DNA of 64,000 nt from Octopus vulgaris. Lineage: Eukaryota. This document shows positions 26,526 to 39,945 of this stretch, one piece after another. Each line of letters opens with the position of its first letter. The stretch's first letter is position 1. Below the pieces are notes generated by a model that was not told the DNA's origin, made no database searches, and saw only the letters and a program-made list of their open reading frames with translations. Both the position numbers and the translations under genes were made by a program. The stretch is taken from contig OX597818.1 in assembly GCA_951406725.2 (NCBI GenBank), positions 24,614,001 to 24,678,000 on the forward strand. Reading direction: 5' to 3'.

Positions 26526-26547
26526 GTCACGTGATGGAGATTTCCGG
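26526..26547. promoter_or_regulatory. COMMD5 proximal promoter motifs: E-box GTCACGTGAT (26526-26535) and ETS-like CCGGAAA (26541-26547)
   Basis: Motifs lie 58-79 bp upstream of the ATG in a CpG-retaining region. Confidence 0.45.
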
Positions 26548-27449
26548 TTCAAATTTTACAAGCAGACTATATCATAGGAGTACATTCTCGTGTATGTAGA
26601 TGTAAAAGTGTGATTTGGTAAACAAAACTTATGACTTAATTTAAATTCTCAGTTGTAGATGTTAAATGGAAAGATGAGCAAATACTTTGATAGGTATATA
26701 TCAATTCTAAAACGAACGTTATTCAAATGACGGGATGTACGAAACTGAATTTACACACACGCTTAATAATTATTGCAGGTCCCCGACCATTTGAATGTTA
26801 ATTACTCGGTTCGGTAATTTAACAGTTATTAGTAGGATTGTCAGTTATCCCCACTTTATCGGGAGTTTTTTTTTTATGAAATAGGAATTATACAACCTAT
26901 TTAGACGTCTTTTCTTTCTACTATGTAAGGTTTTATTTTTTAAATATATTTGGTATTTTGATAAGTTCTTGTTAGAAGTCCTTAAAGAAATTAATTAAAT
27001 TATTAACAGAATAAATTTCTGATAAATAAGCATATCATCGGTCTTGTTATGCACAGACAACAGTATTACTAGCTGGTGGGGAGAAGCAGAAAGGGAATGC
27101 AATGACGTTCATGCTTTCTCTAAAGAACTTAGCGTAAGTGAAATGGGCTGGTTAAAACAGGGACTTGAAACCAACTTGATGGTGAACAAGAGAAAATAAT
27201 GATAGCGAAAGAAAACAAAAGGGTTTTATTTAAGGATTGGCTACAAGTTTAATTACATAAACCTTGAATTTGTCTAAAAAGCTATTTTATTTGGTATCGT
27301 TTAAAAAAAAGTGTACATAATATTATATCCTTGCCAAACTTTTTTCTACACCACCCCTTATTTTTGCTAGATCTGAATAAAGTAGCATTCTTTGCGAGTC
27401 CTCCAACACTGTAACTGGTGACACTTAAACTGTTGTATGTTAACAAATG

Positions 27450-28790
27450 TTGATGTGTGCAAAGACGAAATTCCAGCGTGCCAACATTCAAGGGAGGAAT
27501 AACATGGTGTAATTTTTAGTATGCAGCCGAAGATGAGTCAAGGGTCAATGAATGGGTGTGTAGCAAATGTATACCATGATTCATTCTTGGAACTTTTTCA
27601 TGCTCCAACACGAAATGTAACTGGTATTTCTCACATCAGCAAATATCCGACCAATGGTTTTCCTAAAATTTTTGGAATTTGGTCAAAACAACTTGCAGAT
27701 GTGAGAACATTAAGAAAAAGCTTAGCAATTAGACTCAACATACACATCATATTCTTTGATTAATGTCAGTTAAAATTCTAATGAATCTGTAAGGGACCTC
27801 TGCTACAAATCCAATGAAGAGAGTAGCAAACAGATTCAGACGAACACATGGACAGATTCGACCTGGTCATCAGTTCGTGAGCAGCTTGTTGATTCTTGTA
27901 GTCAGTGAGAAGTCCATGAGACAAGATGCTATTGATAAGTAAAGACAATAGAAGCAGAGTTATGAGTGATGAAGTAAGACTGTAAGTGAAATTATTTCCA
28001 TAACTGATCACATTATAAGCCCAACAGAACTTGTCATGTGAAAATTTTGGCTAATTCTGTTTCAACAACCTGACTGTCAGCAAAATATGTACACTACTTA
28101 ACCATTCAGGTATATCAACAGTCATCAGTATGCAGAAAATTCCTTCTCTACCTAAAGGACACACCTCTATTGTGAAATGAACTGTTTTTCTATTCTATTT
28201 TTGCTGTATCAGGGTATTTCAGAAGTAATGAGAAATATATGATGAATTTTGACTTGTTCATTTCATCAACTTTGGTTCATTATCCTATTGTTACACTGGT
28301 GACCTTAGCAACAATGAATCAAAGAATTTTTTATCCAACATGTTCTTGAGTGAACTTTCACAAGCAACATCTCAGCAATTTTTTTCTTGCTACAGAACGC
28401 TTTGCACATATGAGATGCCCAAAGAACAACCAGTTGTGCCTTTTCAACTTCTATACAATCTGTAGTATCCCTAAGGATCATGTCTTTCTGTATTCATTAT
28501 CCCATTGTACAGTTCATTTATCTCGAGGAACAATTTCTCATTGGATTTTGGCAGACAGCATGTGTTTCCTATATTATAAGTGCTATGCCACTAGAGATAA
28601 TTCAAGAAAGCCAAGATGTATCGGTAGACTTGTATTAACACAGAGAATGGGCCAGGAATTGTGTCCATTGCCAGAAGGTAAAAATTCATCACCATGCTAA
28701 ATCACTTCAGTGAACTTTCTCAATACTTAATGCATGCTTTCAGTATATACCTTGATATTATAGGGTTGCTACCTCTTAAAACCTTAAGCA
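27450..28790 (+). pseudogene. Possible very decayed MULE-like transposase relic
   Basis: Codon-like composition with fragmentary motifs in shifting frames (LGTFSCSNTKC; STLVHYPIVTLVTLATM..ES) reminiscent of invertebrate MULE transposases. No long ORF. Confidence 0.25.
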
Positions 28791-29193
28791 CTTTTGGACT
28801 TTGATATCTTTATATATCTTGGGAACGATACCTCCAGAAAACCGCCTTTCACCAATGAAATCTATAAATAATACTATATATACCTTTACAAAAGTTGACC
28901 AAATGCATCACAATCTCTTTTCTCATCATCTACAAATATTTTTCAGGAATGTAAGAATTCAAAAAAAAAAAAAAAAAAAAAAAAAAAGAAGTGCTACTGA
29001 CATATATGCAAATAACCTCTGTGCTGGAAATTATCCAAATGATTTGGTTGACAAATGGTTGATGCTTTAAATGAAAATCATAAGATATGATCATAAGTCT
29101 TTTTATGCCAAACATTCTACATGCAATCTTGCTTTATCATGTGTACATATGCAATAAAATAAGAGAAACAACACAGGGAGACTATTCAACAAG

Positions 29194-29199
29194 TTTATT
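29194..29199 (-). terminator. Putative NDUFS2 polyadenylation signal AATAAA
   Basis: First canonical AATAAA, ~140 nt after the stop codon, followed by GU-rich sequence (tgtgttgtttctc on the minus strand). Confidence 0.6.
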
Positions 29200-29338
29200 T
29201 TTCAGAACAGCTGTTATAAAAGTCTATCGACATTCTATAAAACTCTGATAAATATATGTAAAAGCCATTAAGTAAATAAATTCTCAATATATCATGGCTG
29301 GTCTTCACAGATTTGTCTCATCCCTCTACCTTATGTTT

Positions 29339-29376
29339 TCATCGATCAACTTCACCAAACACAATGTCCAATGTTC
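29339..29376 (-). CDS. NDUFS2: NDUFS2 exon 14, coding part (GTLDIVFGEVDR*)
   Basis: Invariant C-terminal DIVFGEVDR followed by TGA. CAG acceptor. Confidence 0.96.
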
Positions 29377-30309
29377 CTGAGTTAAAATAATAACATTATA
29401 ATCAATATTATATTTACATAACATTATGATGAGCACTACATATTTACATGAACCAATTTAAGTAAAACCATCTTTCTCAACAACTTTCATACCACTTTAT
29501 GCAGTAAATCCAACGATAAGGCTACTTCAAACAAAAATAAAAATATAAACCTCTTCTTCAGATTTTACAACTACCTATTTTGCTTGTTGAAAATATAAAC
29601 AATTTTAAATGTATGCATTTTCATAAAGAGAAAGTAATGTTGAGTGTCAGAGCAGGAATTTTGGATGGGCACTTGAAAAATTAAGAATTACAAAAGTTAA
29701 AAATTAGCAAATTTAAAGCAATGTAATTTTAAAAAAAGAGGAATTGCTTGTTTCTTGGGATATATTTGAAAGACTTAAAATCTGAAAGTCATATGTAATA
29801 TGGTATTTCATTTTGCTAGCTTACTATGAAGTTCAATATAATAACTAGTGCTACACTGGTCATGCATAAATTTGAAGGAATGATTTGCATGAAGTATGTT
29901 ATACAGAGAAAGTAAATGAGACATATTGCAGAAAACAAAGTCAATTCTTGGAGATGTAAGCTCTAAAATAGATCATTGATGATGTAACTGTATTGCAAAA
30001 ATATAAAAGGCAGGTCAAAATGAAGGAAAGTTTAAATGTCTTGTTTTATGATAAGAGAGCATTTAACAGTATTATTTTTTTCTATTTTTTAAAGCCTATT
30101 ATTTATTATGCATTTTTAGTTAAGTAATCTAATGTCATGTATACAGATGGCAGTTGTTGTTCAACACAGAGGGGGAAACATACACGGTATAGAATTTTGA
30201 GAAAAGCAAAGAGACTAGAAAAGAAAATTTGGAAGTGGAACAGCAAATAAACATATTTTAACGATAAACTTAGGGCTAGTTGAAAAAGAAAGAGACAAGA
30301 AAATTTTTA

Positions 30310-31290
30310 AATCATCAACATCATCATTTAGCATCTGTTGTTTTCCATGTTGGCATAGGTTAGACAGTTTGACTGCAACTGACAAATTGGAGAGCTGTAC
30401 CAGGTTCCAGTTTGATTTGGCATAGTTTCTATGGCTAGATGCTCTTCCTAACACCAACCACTCAGAGAGTGTAGTGGGTGCCTTTTACATGTCACCAGCA
30501 CTGGCCACGACTAAGTAAGTATCACTTAGCTTCACAAGTCTTTTCGGGCACAGCAAATCGCCAAAGGTCTCAATCACTTGTCACTGCCTCTGTGAGACCC
30601 AACAATCAAACATGATGCATCACTACCTCATCTCATGTCTTCTTGAGTCTACCTCTTCCACAGGTTCCCTCCAGAGCTAGAGATTGATACTTCTTTATGC
30701 AGCTGTTCTCATCTGTACATATCACACGGCCATACCAATAGTCTCTTATACACCACATCTGATGCCTCTAATGCCAATTTTTCTCTCAAGATGCTTGCAC
30801 TCTATTGTACATGTACACTGACATCGCACATCCAGTGAAGCATACTAGCTTCATTTCTTTCAAGCCTTCGCGTATCCTCTGCAGTCACAGCCCATATTTC
30901 ACTACTGTGTAGTATGTCTGTTTGCACACAGGTATCATACAATCTGCCTTTCACTCTGAGGGAGAGGCTCTTTGTTACCAACAAATTTAGAAGCCCTCTG
31001 AACTTTGTCCAATCTATTCTTCTTCTAGCAGTTACATTCATGGAACATCCACCTCCACTGCTGACTTGGTCACCCAGATAATAAAAGCTATTAACAACTT
31101 GCAGGTATCCCCCACTGGTATTTGAGGGAATCTATTTTCTGTACATTTCTAGTGTATATTGTACCAGTACATCTGCCACACACAAAGACTATTTTCCCTG
31201 TTAACCTTCCTCAGATATTGCTGCACCTCTTATGTTTCCATTGACTGCACAGGATACACCTTATTGAGTTTCTGCCTATGCATTTTCTAT
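30310..31290 (-). mobile_element. RTE LINE 3' fragment in NDUFS2 intron 13
   Basis: Same family as 6968-8460 (KFRGLL.LLVTKSLSLRVKGRLYDTCV...HSSEIWAV) plus 3' UTR and tail. Confidence 0.88.
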
Positions 31291-31578
31291 ATATCATTTT
31301 TAATATTATCAGTATGAAATTATTTACTGTAAAGCAGTGAAATATTGAGTTCAAATTCTACTGCTCATAGTTTGTACTCTAAGTCAAGACATATTTGCTT
31401 GTCTGTCTTTCTAGCAATGTAATTTTTACAGTAAGAAATGATGGCACTATGTAGAATGTAATTAGAAAAATGCTTGCTTTATTTAAATAATAATAATAAT
31501 AAAATCGTAAACTTATCCTGCATATATTAGCAATGAAAAACATCAAAAAATTATGAAAGAAAGTGAATAAATCCTCAC

Positions 31579-31636
31579 CTATAATGGCAACAACATCAGC
31601 AAGCATATGTTTCCTTGAAACTTTGTCCAGGGCAGC
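31579..31636 (-). CDS. NDUFS2: NDUFS2 exon 13 (AALDKVSRKHMLADVVAII)
   Basis: Conserved HMLADVVAIIG motif. CAG/GTGAGG junctions, 58 nt. Confidence 0.95.
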
Positions 31637-33481
31637 CTGAAAAAGATTTTTTGCAAATGGTAAATACAATGGAAAAATATTCTAATTTTCAATGAAGTAT
31701 TTCTTTTAACATGAGAAGTATTAAGTACTAAGTGGTTTTGTTTGACCTTGAGAATCAGAAAGTAATTCATAATCACAAATCTGTAAACATAGTTATTGCA
31801 TATCAATTATATTTTTACCAATCTGAGAATTATTAAATTAGTTTCCTTTCTTTACATAAATTTTAAAATATTGCTAAGAGAAAGGTAATTAAACTTGTCT
31901 CATCTGAAGTTGTCATAATTAATCACTCAACAAAACCATTACAATACTTATTTCAGTATCTTCACTGATTTTCATCAAGCAACCAATGCAAATAATAAAA
32001 TGTCATTCAGCTTTATTAACTATCAAATATCATCATCATCATTTAATGTCTGCTTTCCATGCTGGTACGGGTTCGACAGCAGAGCTGCACTAGGCTCTGA
32101 TTGTTTTTGCTTGGTTTCTATGGCTGGTTTCTTGGTTTTGTAACGTCAACCACTTTACAGAGTATACCAGTTACTTTTTACATGGCACTAGCACAGGTGC
32201 TTTTTACATATCACTAGCACCAGTGAGGTCACCAAGTAGCTTGTAAGTCAAAGACCTCCTGGCTGAGAGAGGGAATGGAAGTGTGAGAAGTGACTGTGTG
32301 TCAGGCAAGAGGTTAGAGTATGATAGAAGGGCAGAGATAGCTGTCTTATTATAGAGTAGATATTTGGCAACCCTAGTAGGAAAAAGGAAGGTGGGAGAGA
32401 GTTAGAGAGAAAGATGGAAAGACTGAGTGAGAGAGAGAGGGCCTACCCAAAGGAGAAAATGGATGGGGAATATAAGTAGTAGAGGAGACAGAAAATGTTC
32501 CATAAGTGTAAGAGAGGATCTGTTCTGGCATGGTTTTTATAGCTCAGTGCCCTTCCTAATGCCAACCACTTTACAACATAAACTGGGTGCTTCTTCACAT
32601 GGCACCAGAATTGGTGAAGTCAACAAGTAACTTGCATGAAAAAGGTCTTTTGAACTGGGGTGGGTATTGAAGGAGGTGGCTTTGTGCCAGGTGATGAGAG
32701 GTTAGGGTATGACAGAGGGACAGAAATAGGTGTCTTACTGTAAAGGAGATACATGGGTACCCCAATCAGAGTGAAAGAGAGAGAGAAAGAAAGAAATCAA
32801 AGAAAAGAGAGCAAGAGTAAGAGAGAATAAGAGTGATGGTGGCAATATGCCATGGCATACTCTCAAGACAGAAGAATGAGAATATAAATGGAATGGCAGG
32901 GGATGGCCCAGGGTCATGAGTAAGGAGTTCGCACATATGCAAGTAGGGCAGGGATATTATTAGGCTGCAGGAGTGGGAAGGGAGAGATAAGCACAGTGTA
33001 TGAAGAAGAGATGTAATTTGATTGTAAAGTAGGGTGTGTGAAAATGTAATATTAAATGCGGGACAGAACAGACAGCAAATTATTGATAATAGTTGTTTAT
33101 TAACTACTAAATATCAGTGTTCTTGTTAATCAAAATATGTCATAATTCAAGTAAGCTATACATTCCGAGTATCGCAAAGATTGCTTTCAATACATATACT
33201 TTGACTAAAATCTCCCTATAAACACTGAATTCTTAAGACTACTGCTATATGAAATGACCTTCCCTCATGAATGTTCTTGCAATACAATTCTTCAGTTCTA
33301 TATAAACTACAACAATCCCTTTTACATTTTTCCAATTTAAAGTTTCCTCTAACAGCTATGGGTAATGGCTACCACATTGAATGCAGCAATAAAGAAAAAT
33401 AGAAACATGCAATGATGTATTAATAGTTAAATAAGAAATCAAGTAAAAAAAAAGCATGTAACAAATATCAGTAATACTCAC

Positions 33482-33565
33482 TAAATGAGCAAATCCTGGA
33501 GCTTTAATCTTACATCTATAAGGTTTGTTGGATCCATCTGACACAAGGTAAACTCCAAATTCTCC
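33482..33565 (-). CDS. NDUFS2: NDUFS2 exon 12 ([28 protein letters not shown])
   Basis: Conserved [26 protein letters not shown] motif. TAG/GTGAGT junctions, 84 nt. Confidence 0.97.
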
Positions 33566-33672
33566 CTATAGAACAAAAGTAATTTTAAAGATGAAATAAA
33601 TTTCAGATAGCATAATGAAAAAAAATCATCAAACTTTTTATCTATTGCTTTGATTTTTGTTTAGTTACATAC

Positions 33673-33768
33673 CTTTGGTGCTTCCACAGCAGTGTATGTA
33701 CTACCAGGAGGTACATTATAACCTTCTGTGTATAGCTTGAAATGATGGATCAATGATTCCATGGAAGA
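33673..33768 (-). CDS. NDUFS2: NDUFS2 exon 11 ([32 protein letters not shown])
   Basis: Conserved [14 protein letters not shown] motif. CAG/GTATGT junctions, 96 nt. Confidence 0.97.
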
Positions 33769-35401
33769 CTGAAAATAATACAATATTTGAAAAAATAACA
33801 CTCAAATCATGTTAATGTAAGAAACCATTTAACACAGGAACTAATGTTTAAAAACACAGGTGTTTTTGTTTAAAAATAAATCTAAATTTTAAAGATAAGT
33901 GTCACATAAAAAAAAAAAGATGTACATATAGGCATGGTTGTATGGATGTGGAGTTTAGTTCATAACTATGTAGTTTTGGCACCAGTGTGTGGCACTTCGG
34001 GCAACTGTCTTCTAGTATAGCTTCAAGCTGACCAAAGTTTTGTAAGTGAATCTAGTACATGGAAGCTGTGTGGAAGCTCATCATTCATTTGTTTTACATC
34101 TATTTTCCAGACTCTTCCTGTTGCTAATCCTTGCCCATTTTTCATATGAAGCATTTTCTTTTCATTCCATTAAATTTCAAAAAGGCAGAACTATAGGATG
34201 TAAACATTTTTGCTCAGATGGTCTCATGTGATGAAGTGGAAATGACAACATCTACATACACACAGCAGCAGCAGCCACCATCACCACCACCTCCACTTCC
34301 TAGTGATCATAAGTATCATTTGCACTGGTTTCTACATCACACAGAGTACTAGGTGCATTTTCTTGTAGCACCAACATCACAATACTTCTGTATTCTAAGG
34401 CAAGTAGATCGATGAAAATAAGAGTGGGTGCAACACAAACACATGACTGGCTTTCATAGAATTTGTCTACCAATTTCACTCACAAAGCTAGAGAAGTCAC
34501 TGGCCCAAGATGTCATGCACTTGGATTGAACTTGAGAGCACCTGGTTGGGAAGTGAACTTCATAACCACACAGCCATTCTTGCATCGTTCCATCATGTAT
34601 GTGTATGTGCATGTGTGAACATAGAGGTTTGCATTCTATATATCTTTGCATGCTACTGCTTAAGCTAATGTAATGTGTACACTTACTATAAACAATACAT
34701 CCTGTATAGTCATATAACATATTCTTTACTTGAAAAACGATTTAGGTTTGGCAACAGGAAAGATGCCTAGTCATAAAAAAATGCCTCAGTTTGCCTTCAA
34801 CCAACTCATTTTAGCAATGGAAAAACATATAAAAGAAAGGAATGAAGCTCATAAACATTTTGACTTTGTTAAGCAGAAACTGTGGTGGTCCACTGTTCAT
34901 TCATGCATTTTAGATCAGTTTTTCCATGCTAGTATGAGTCGGACAAATTCATAAACTCAGATATATTTTTTTTACAGCTGGATGCTTTACTCTGTCTCTA
35001 AACCTTACTATTTTTTTCAAGCAAGGGATACTTATTCTACTTCAAACGTGTAGAACTAGAGGATGATTTATTAAATAGGGAATGTCAACAAATGTCATGT
35101 ATTGTGACATTTACAGCAGGCTGGACTTAGCCATTCCATAAATAAAGATTGATAAAATAAGTAGTAGATTAAGTATAAAAGTTGATGTGATCAACTAAAA
35201 TCGTTGAAGGTAGTATCCCAACTGAGCCACTGTCTGGAGAGTGAAACTACTAGAGTAATAAGCAGATCAGGTAAAGGAAAATAGTTAAACTGGTATTATG
35301 AATTAGCCTACAAGAAGGGGTAAGAAATGAAGATGGACTAAAATTACATGTAACTAGAATAATAAGCAATTACTGAACTGCTTAATAAAAAAACAACTTA
35401 C

Positions 35402-35531
35402 TTTCATTTCACTTCTCTTAGGAGGACAAATTTTGTGATCATCTACTTTTATTTCACCTGGAGGCATTTTGTTTAGACACTGATGAATAATATTCAGACT
35501 TTGTCTCATTTCTTCCATTCGGATTAAATAC
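35402..35531 (-). CDS. NDUFS2: NDUFS2 exon 10 ([43 protein letters not shown])
   Basis: Conserved sequence. CAG/GTAAGT junctions, 130 nt. Confidence 0.97.
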
Positions 35532-36653
35532 CTGCACATACATAAAAATAAATTTTACAAATCTTATATTTTTGGCACCTGAATTTATTTACAAAACATT
35601 ATCTATCATCATCATCATCATTTAACATCTCTTTTCCATGCTGGTGAGCCATGAGGCTGCATTGCTCCAGTATCAGCTTTGATATGGTTTTTACAGCTGG
35701 ATTTCATAATGCCAACAACTTTACAGAGTGTACTGGGGTTGGTTTTTTTTTGTGATACCAGCACTAGTGAAGATACGACATAACTTTCAAGGCAAGAAAA
35801 GAACAAGAAGGAGAAAGTGGGGAAAGGAAAAGGAAAAAGCTTCCTTAACTAAATGGCAAGGTAGTATTTGAGAGTGACAGAGAGGTGGATGATAAATATA
35901 TCGGAAGATGGACGTATGATGATGATGATGATGATGATATATATATATATATATATATATATACTTAGGTTTTACTTTTTTTTCCGATGAGTTTCAATCT
36001 TATCTTCTATGGTAATGTTGTAATGTTAGTTAAAAAGGATCACAAATAGATATAACAATATTAGATTTTTTTATTTTTTAAATTTTATAAACAGACCTAC
36101 TGGTTATAATAGATTTAACCAATGAATCAACAACTGGTTCACTAAATTATTACCTATGCAATAAGGGACATTAGATTTTAAAAAAACAAAAAAAAAAACA
36201 GAGAAATACAATGGGACTACAAATTACCTTGTCTCACAAAGTATTCACAATTGAAGTGAATAATAAAATCTTTGAAATTCTTTGATTGTACATTTATATT
36301 GAGTTAAAATAGTTTTTTAACCCAAGGTCCTCACTGAGCAGACATATATTGAAAGGTATTCAAGCTATGACCATTAGTGGTTTCCACTAGGACTACAGTA
36401 ACTAATGTGTCCTTTATAAGAATGAAAGCTTGATTTAAAGGAGATTGGTAGCTATGTTTTTTTTTTTAGGAAATTAAGTGACCACAAACAAACTTCTAAA
36501 TAAAGATAATTATGACAGTTCCATGTAGCTGATGAAATGTCCAGCAAGTCATGGAAGCCTATGTGGGATCTGCTATTGCATACCAGCTATCACATGTGGC
36601 CCTGTAACTGGGCTATATACTAAATAAATACAAAATACCAGAGAAGATTTTAC

Positions 36654-36773
36654 CTGTCATAGCAATCTCCTTTACGACCAATTGGGATATCAAACTCTAC
36701 TTGGTCATAAGCATCATATGGTTGTACTTTACGCAAATCCCATTTGATTCCTGATCCACGCAGCATTACTCCA
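36654..36773 (-). CDS. NDUFS2: NDUFS2 exon 9 ([39 protein letters not shown])
   Basis: Conserved [18 protein letters not shown] motif. CAG/GT junctions, 120 nt. Confidence 0.97.
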
Positions 36774-37256
36774 CTGAAGATCATAAAAGATTTAGTGATA
36801 ACAGAAATAACAATTGCATAAAGTAAGAATATATTTACTTTATATGCACAAACATACATACATGAAACTAAAGTAGAATGTATTACTAAATATTTTTTTT
36901 GATACTGAAATACTCATATTTGTTATTAAGCTACTATAAAGAGGCAGCATATTAAAGCAATTTTATAAATAAACCTGTGAATAAGAAGACAAAAGAAAAT
37001 TTCAATTTGATTCTGATATACATACATAAATGTTCACTTGTATCAGTGAATATTAAAATACTATAAAATTTCAGGTTTAATGTCACAAAAGCTTAGACTT
37101 CTAACTTAAACAATTACAATACAAATATATTTATATCAACATTTAAATTTCACACACTTCTCACCAAGATTAACATACGCATTAATTTAGAAGGCAGAAA
37201 GTTTGTGGTACTCATTTGTATTTTTTTCTGACATAAGAAAATATTACAGAACTTAC

Positions 37257-37420
37257 CTACAGCCATAATTGAGGGCATCTTCTGCTGATATAATACCAAT
37301 GTCAACTGTTCTAGATTTCCAAATTCTGTTTTCTGTCAAAAGAGCATCAATTTCATCAAGCCTCTCTCCAAATTTGCTAATAAAATCGAAGATGTCGTCC
37401 ATCAATCCAAGAGGTAAGTC
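37257..37420 (-). CDS. NDUFS2: NDUFS2 exon 8 ([54 protein letters not shown])
   Basis: Conserved sequence within ORF 37253-37438. CAG/GTAAGT junctions, 164 nt. Confidence 0.97.
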
Positions 37421-37554
37421 CTGAAACAGAATACACATCTTGTAGTTAATGAAAATGCAATAAACCTTATAACAGCTTTGATTTCTTTTTTGCTTTTCTA
37501 ATTTTGTCTTTTAAATACATATCTATCTATGTATATATATCTATATATCTGTCA

Positions 37555-38315
37555 GTGTGCATACACGACTAAGTACCCCGAGAGAAAAGTTGGACTTAAG
37601 AAGCATCAGATGTGGTGTGCAAGACAGACAACTGCACTGGTATGGTCATGTGTTGCAAATGGATGAGGACAGCTGTGTGAAAAAGTGTCACACCCTAGCA
37701 GTTGAGGAACCTGTGGAAGAGGTAGACCCAGAAAGACCTGGGATGGTGAAGCACGACCTTCAAACACTGGGCCTCACTAAGGCAATAACAAGTGACCGAA
37801 ACCTTTAGCGATGTGTTGTGCTTGAGAAAACCCAGCAAGCCAAGTGAGACCATAACCTGGAAAATGCCAGTGCTGTATAACCAGCCCATTTAAGAGTGCC
37901 CTTCATTCATTGGATAATAAACTACGCCTGCAAAGACCTGTTAAGACAAATGGAATTGTTGTTGTGGCCGATGACAATACTGTCTGATTGGCAACCGTGC
38001 AAGTGGAATGTTAAAAGCACCATTCAAGTGTGGTCACTGCCAGTGTCGCTGGACTGGCTCCTGTCAAATGGCACGTAAAAAGCACCATTTGAGTGTGGTC
38101 GATGCCAGTACCGCCTGACTGGCCCTTGTGCTGGTGGCACATAAAAGCACCCACTACACTTATGTTGGCATTAGGAAGGGCATCCAGCTGTAGAAACTTT
38201 GCCAGATCAGATTGGAGCCTGGTGCAGCCTTCTGGCTTGCCAGCCCTCAGTCAAACCGTCCAACCCATGCCAGCATAGGAAGCAGATGTTAAACAATGAG
38301 GATGATAATGATGAT
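37555..38315 (+). mobile_element. RTE LINE 3' fragment in NDUFS2 intron 7
   Basis: LHWYGHVLQMDEDSCVKKC, tandem 3'-UTR units and a (GAT)-like tail. Confidence 0.9.
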
Positions 38316-38316
38316 A

Positions 38317-39052
38317 GAGGGTGTGGTGAATAAACTGTTGTCTAAATTATGCAAAACCTAAAATAACAGACATTTCAGCTTAACAGATATATTTATCAAC
38401 ATTACATAAAAATATCTTGAAGTACTAAAGAATAAATTTATTCAGTAAAACCACCATTGGCTTCAACCACAGTCTCTAGACAACTTCGGAATCTCCTTGT
38501 TTAAGTTGGTGAATGCTGCCATAATACTTGCCTACAATTCATCTTTGGTGTTACATTATGTGTGCGCACCACACATAATAATCAAGGGGGGTTGCAGTCT
38601 GGGAAGTTAGGTAGCTAGATGTTAGGGGTGATGTGGTTGCACCCTCTTAACCCAGGGCAGCACTACCTCCTCCAGGCACTTGATGTAGGCTTCCATGTTG
38701 AGTCTGAGGCCATATGGGAAGATGAATGGAAGCATAACATCACCATTACTAGTGATCACTCCAAACACCATGATGTTGACTGGATGTTTAATTTTTATCA
38801 CTCTCAGTACATGTACTCAGATTGACAGCCAAACACTCTGAAATGTTTGAATTGGAGTTGCCAGCGCAAATGCTAAGCAGTACAGCATGTTATTTCCAAA
38901 TTTCTGGTTGAGTGAATTGTATCATGGAGCTGTTTTTCTCACAGACAATGTCCAGCTTACTTTACTATACTGTAGTTGACAGAATCAAACACAAACAATG
39001 CGTATGCATGAAATTAAAAATATAAAATGGCGACAATTTACTCATCACACCC
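38317..39052 (-). mobile_element. Internally deleted Tc1/mariner element in NDUFS2 intron 7
   Basis: Minus strand PNFPDCNPLDYYVW-type motif and IMVFGVITS..DVM. Ends gagggtgtggtgaataaa / aatttactcatcacaccct are inverted repeats. Confidence 0.7.
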
Positions 39053-39092
39053 TACCCATGCTAGCGCGGAAAACGGACATTAACGATGATGA

Positions 39093-39143
<51 letters not shown>

Positions 39144-39709
39144 TACACACAGTATACAAATTCAATATTTTAAAATTTTTATTTAATAATTAATCATGAA
39201 TAAACCTTTTATTATCATAATGAACCCATGCTAGCATAGAACATACCCAATGTTCTATGCTGGCATGGATTGGGGTGGTTTGACATGATCTAATGAATCT
39301 AAGGATCACATCATGCTCCAGTGTCTTTTTGGAATGGTTTCTATGGCTGGATGCTCTTCCTAATGCCAACCACTTTACAACAGTGCTTTTTTCATGCCAC
39401 CAGCACTAATAAGGTTGCCATGCAACTTACAAGATTATGAACCCAGAGGATGGAGGTTGACTTTATGCTAGGGGATGAAGAATTAAAGAGAAGGGGAGAG
39501 GAGCAGAGCAGGTTCTTGCTGTAAAGGAGCTAGGTAGCTACTCACATTTAAAAGAGAGGGTGAGAATGATTTGTAAGAACTGCAAAGAGACAAACAGTGG
39601 TGATGGTGACCAAGCAGGTGGCTAAGTCAATTGACTTTCAATACTGAATGGAATTTGTTAAAGTAAAACTATGTCTTATTTTCATTTCTACAATTGTTGG
39701 ATGATTTAC

Positions 39710-39784
39710 CTGTGAAACTCCACCAGGACGAACATAAGCTGCATGCATACGGGCTCCAGAAACACGTTCATAAAATTCCATCAT
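39710..39784 (-). CDS. NDUFS2: NDUFS2 exon 7 ([25 protein letters not shown])
   Basis: Conserved [20 protein letters not shown] motif. TAG/GTAAAT junctions, 75 nt. Confidence 0.97.
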
Positions 39785-39945
39785 CTATGGGGAAACATAA
39801 ACTCAATTAATAAAGTAGACACAACATATTAAGCAAAAGCAACTCTATTGCAAAAAATAAACTCTTTACTAAAACTAATGTTAATTTGATTTCTAGCTAG
39901 AGAAAATTAGTTAATTCTGCAGAATTATTTGCATTAGACCTTTAA

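Noticed and set aside
25942-26577. Plus-strand ORFs overlapping COMMD5
   Set aside because: Antisense shadows of the real CDS with no recognisable domain.
28350-28700. 116-aa ORF with SRGTISHWI as a DIRS tyrosine recombinase
   Set aside because: Lacks the HSTR and catalytic tyrosine motifs. A single short resemblance only.
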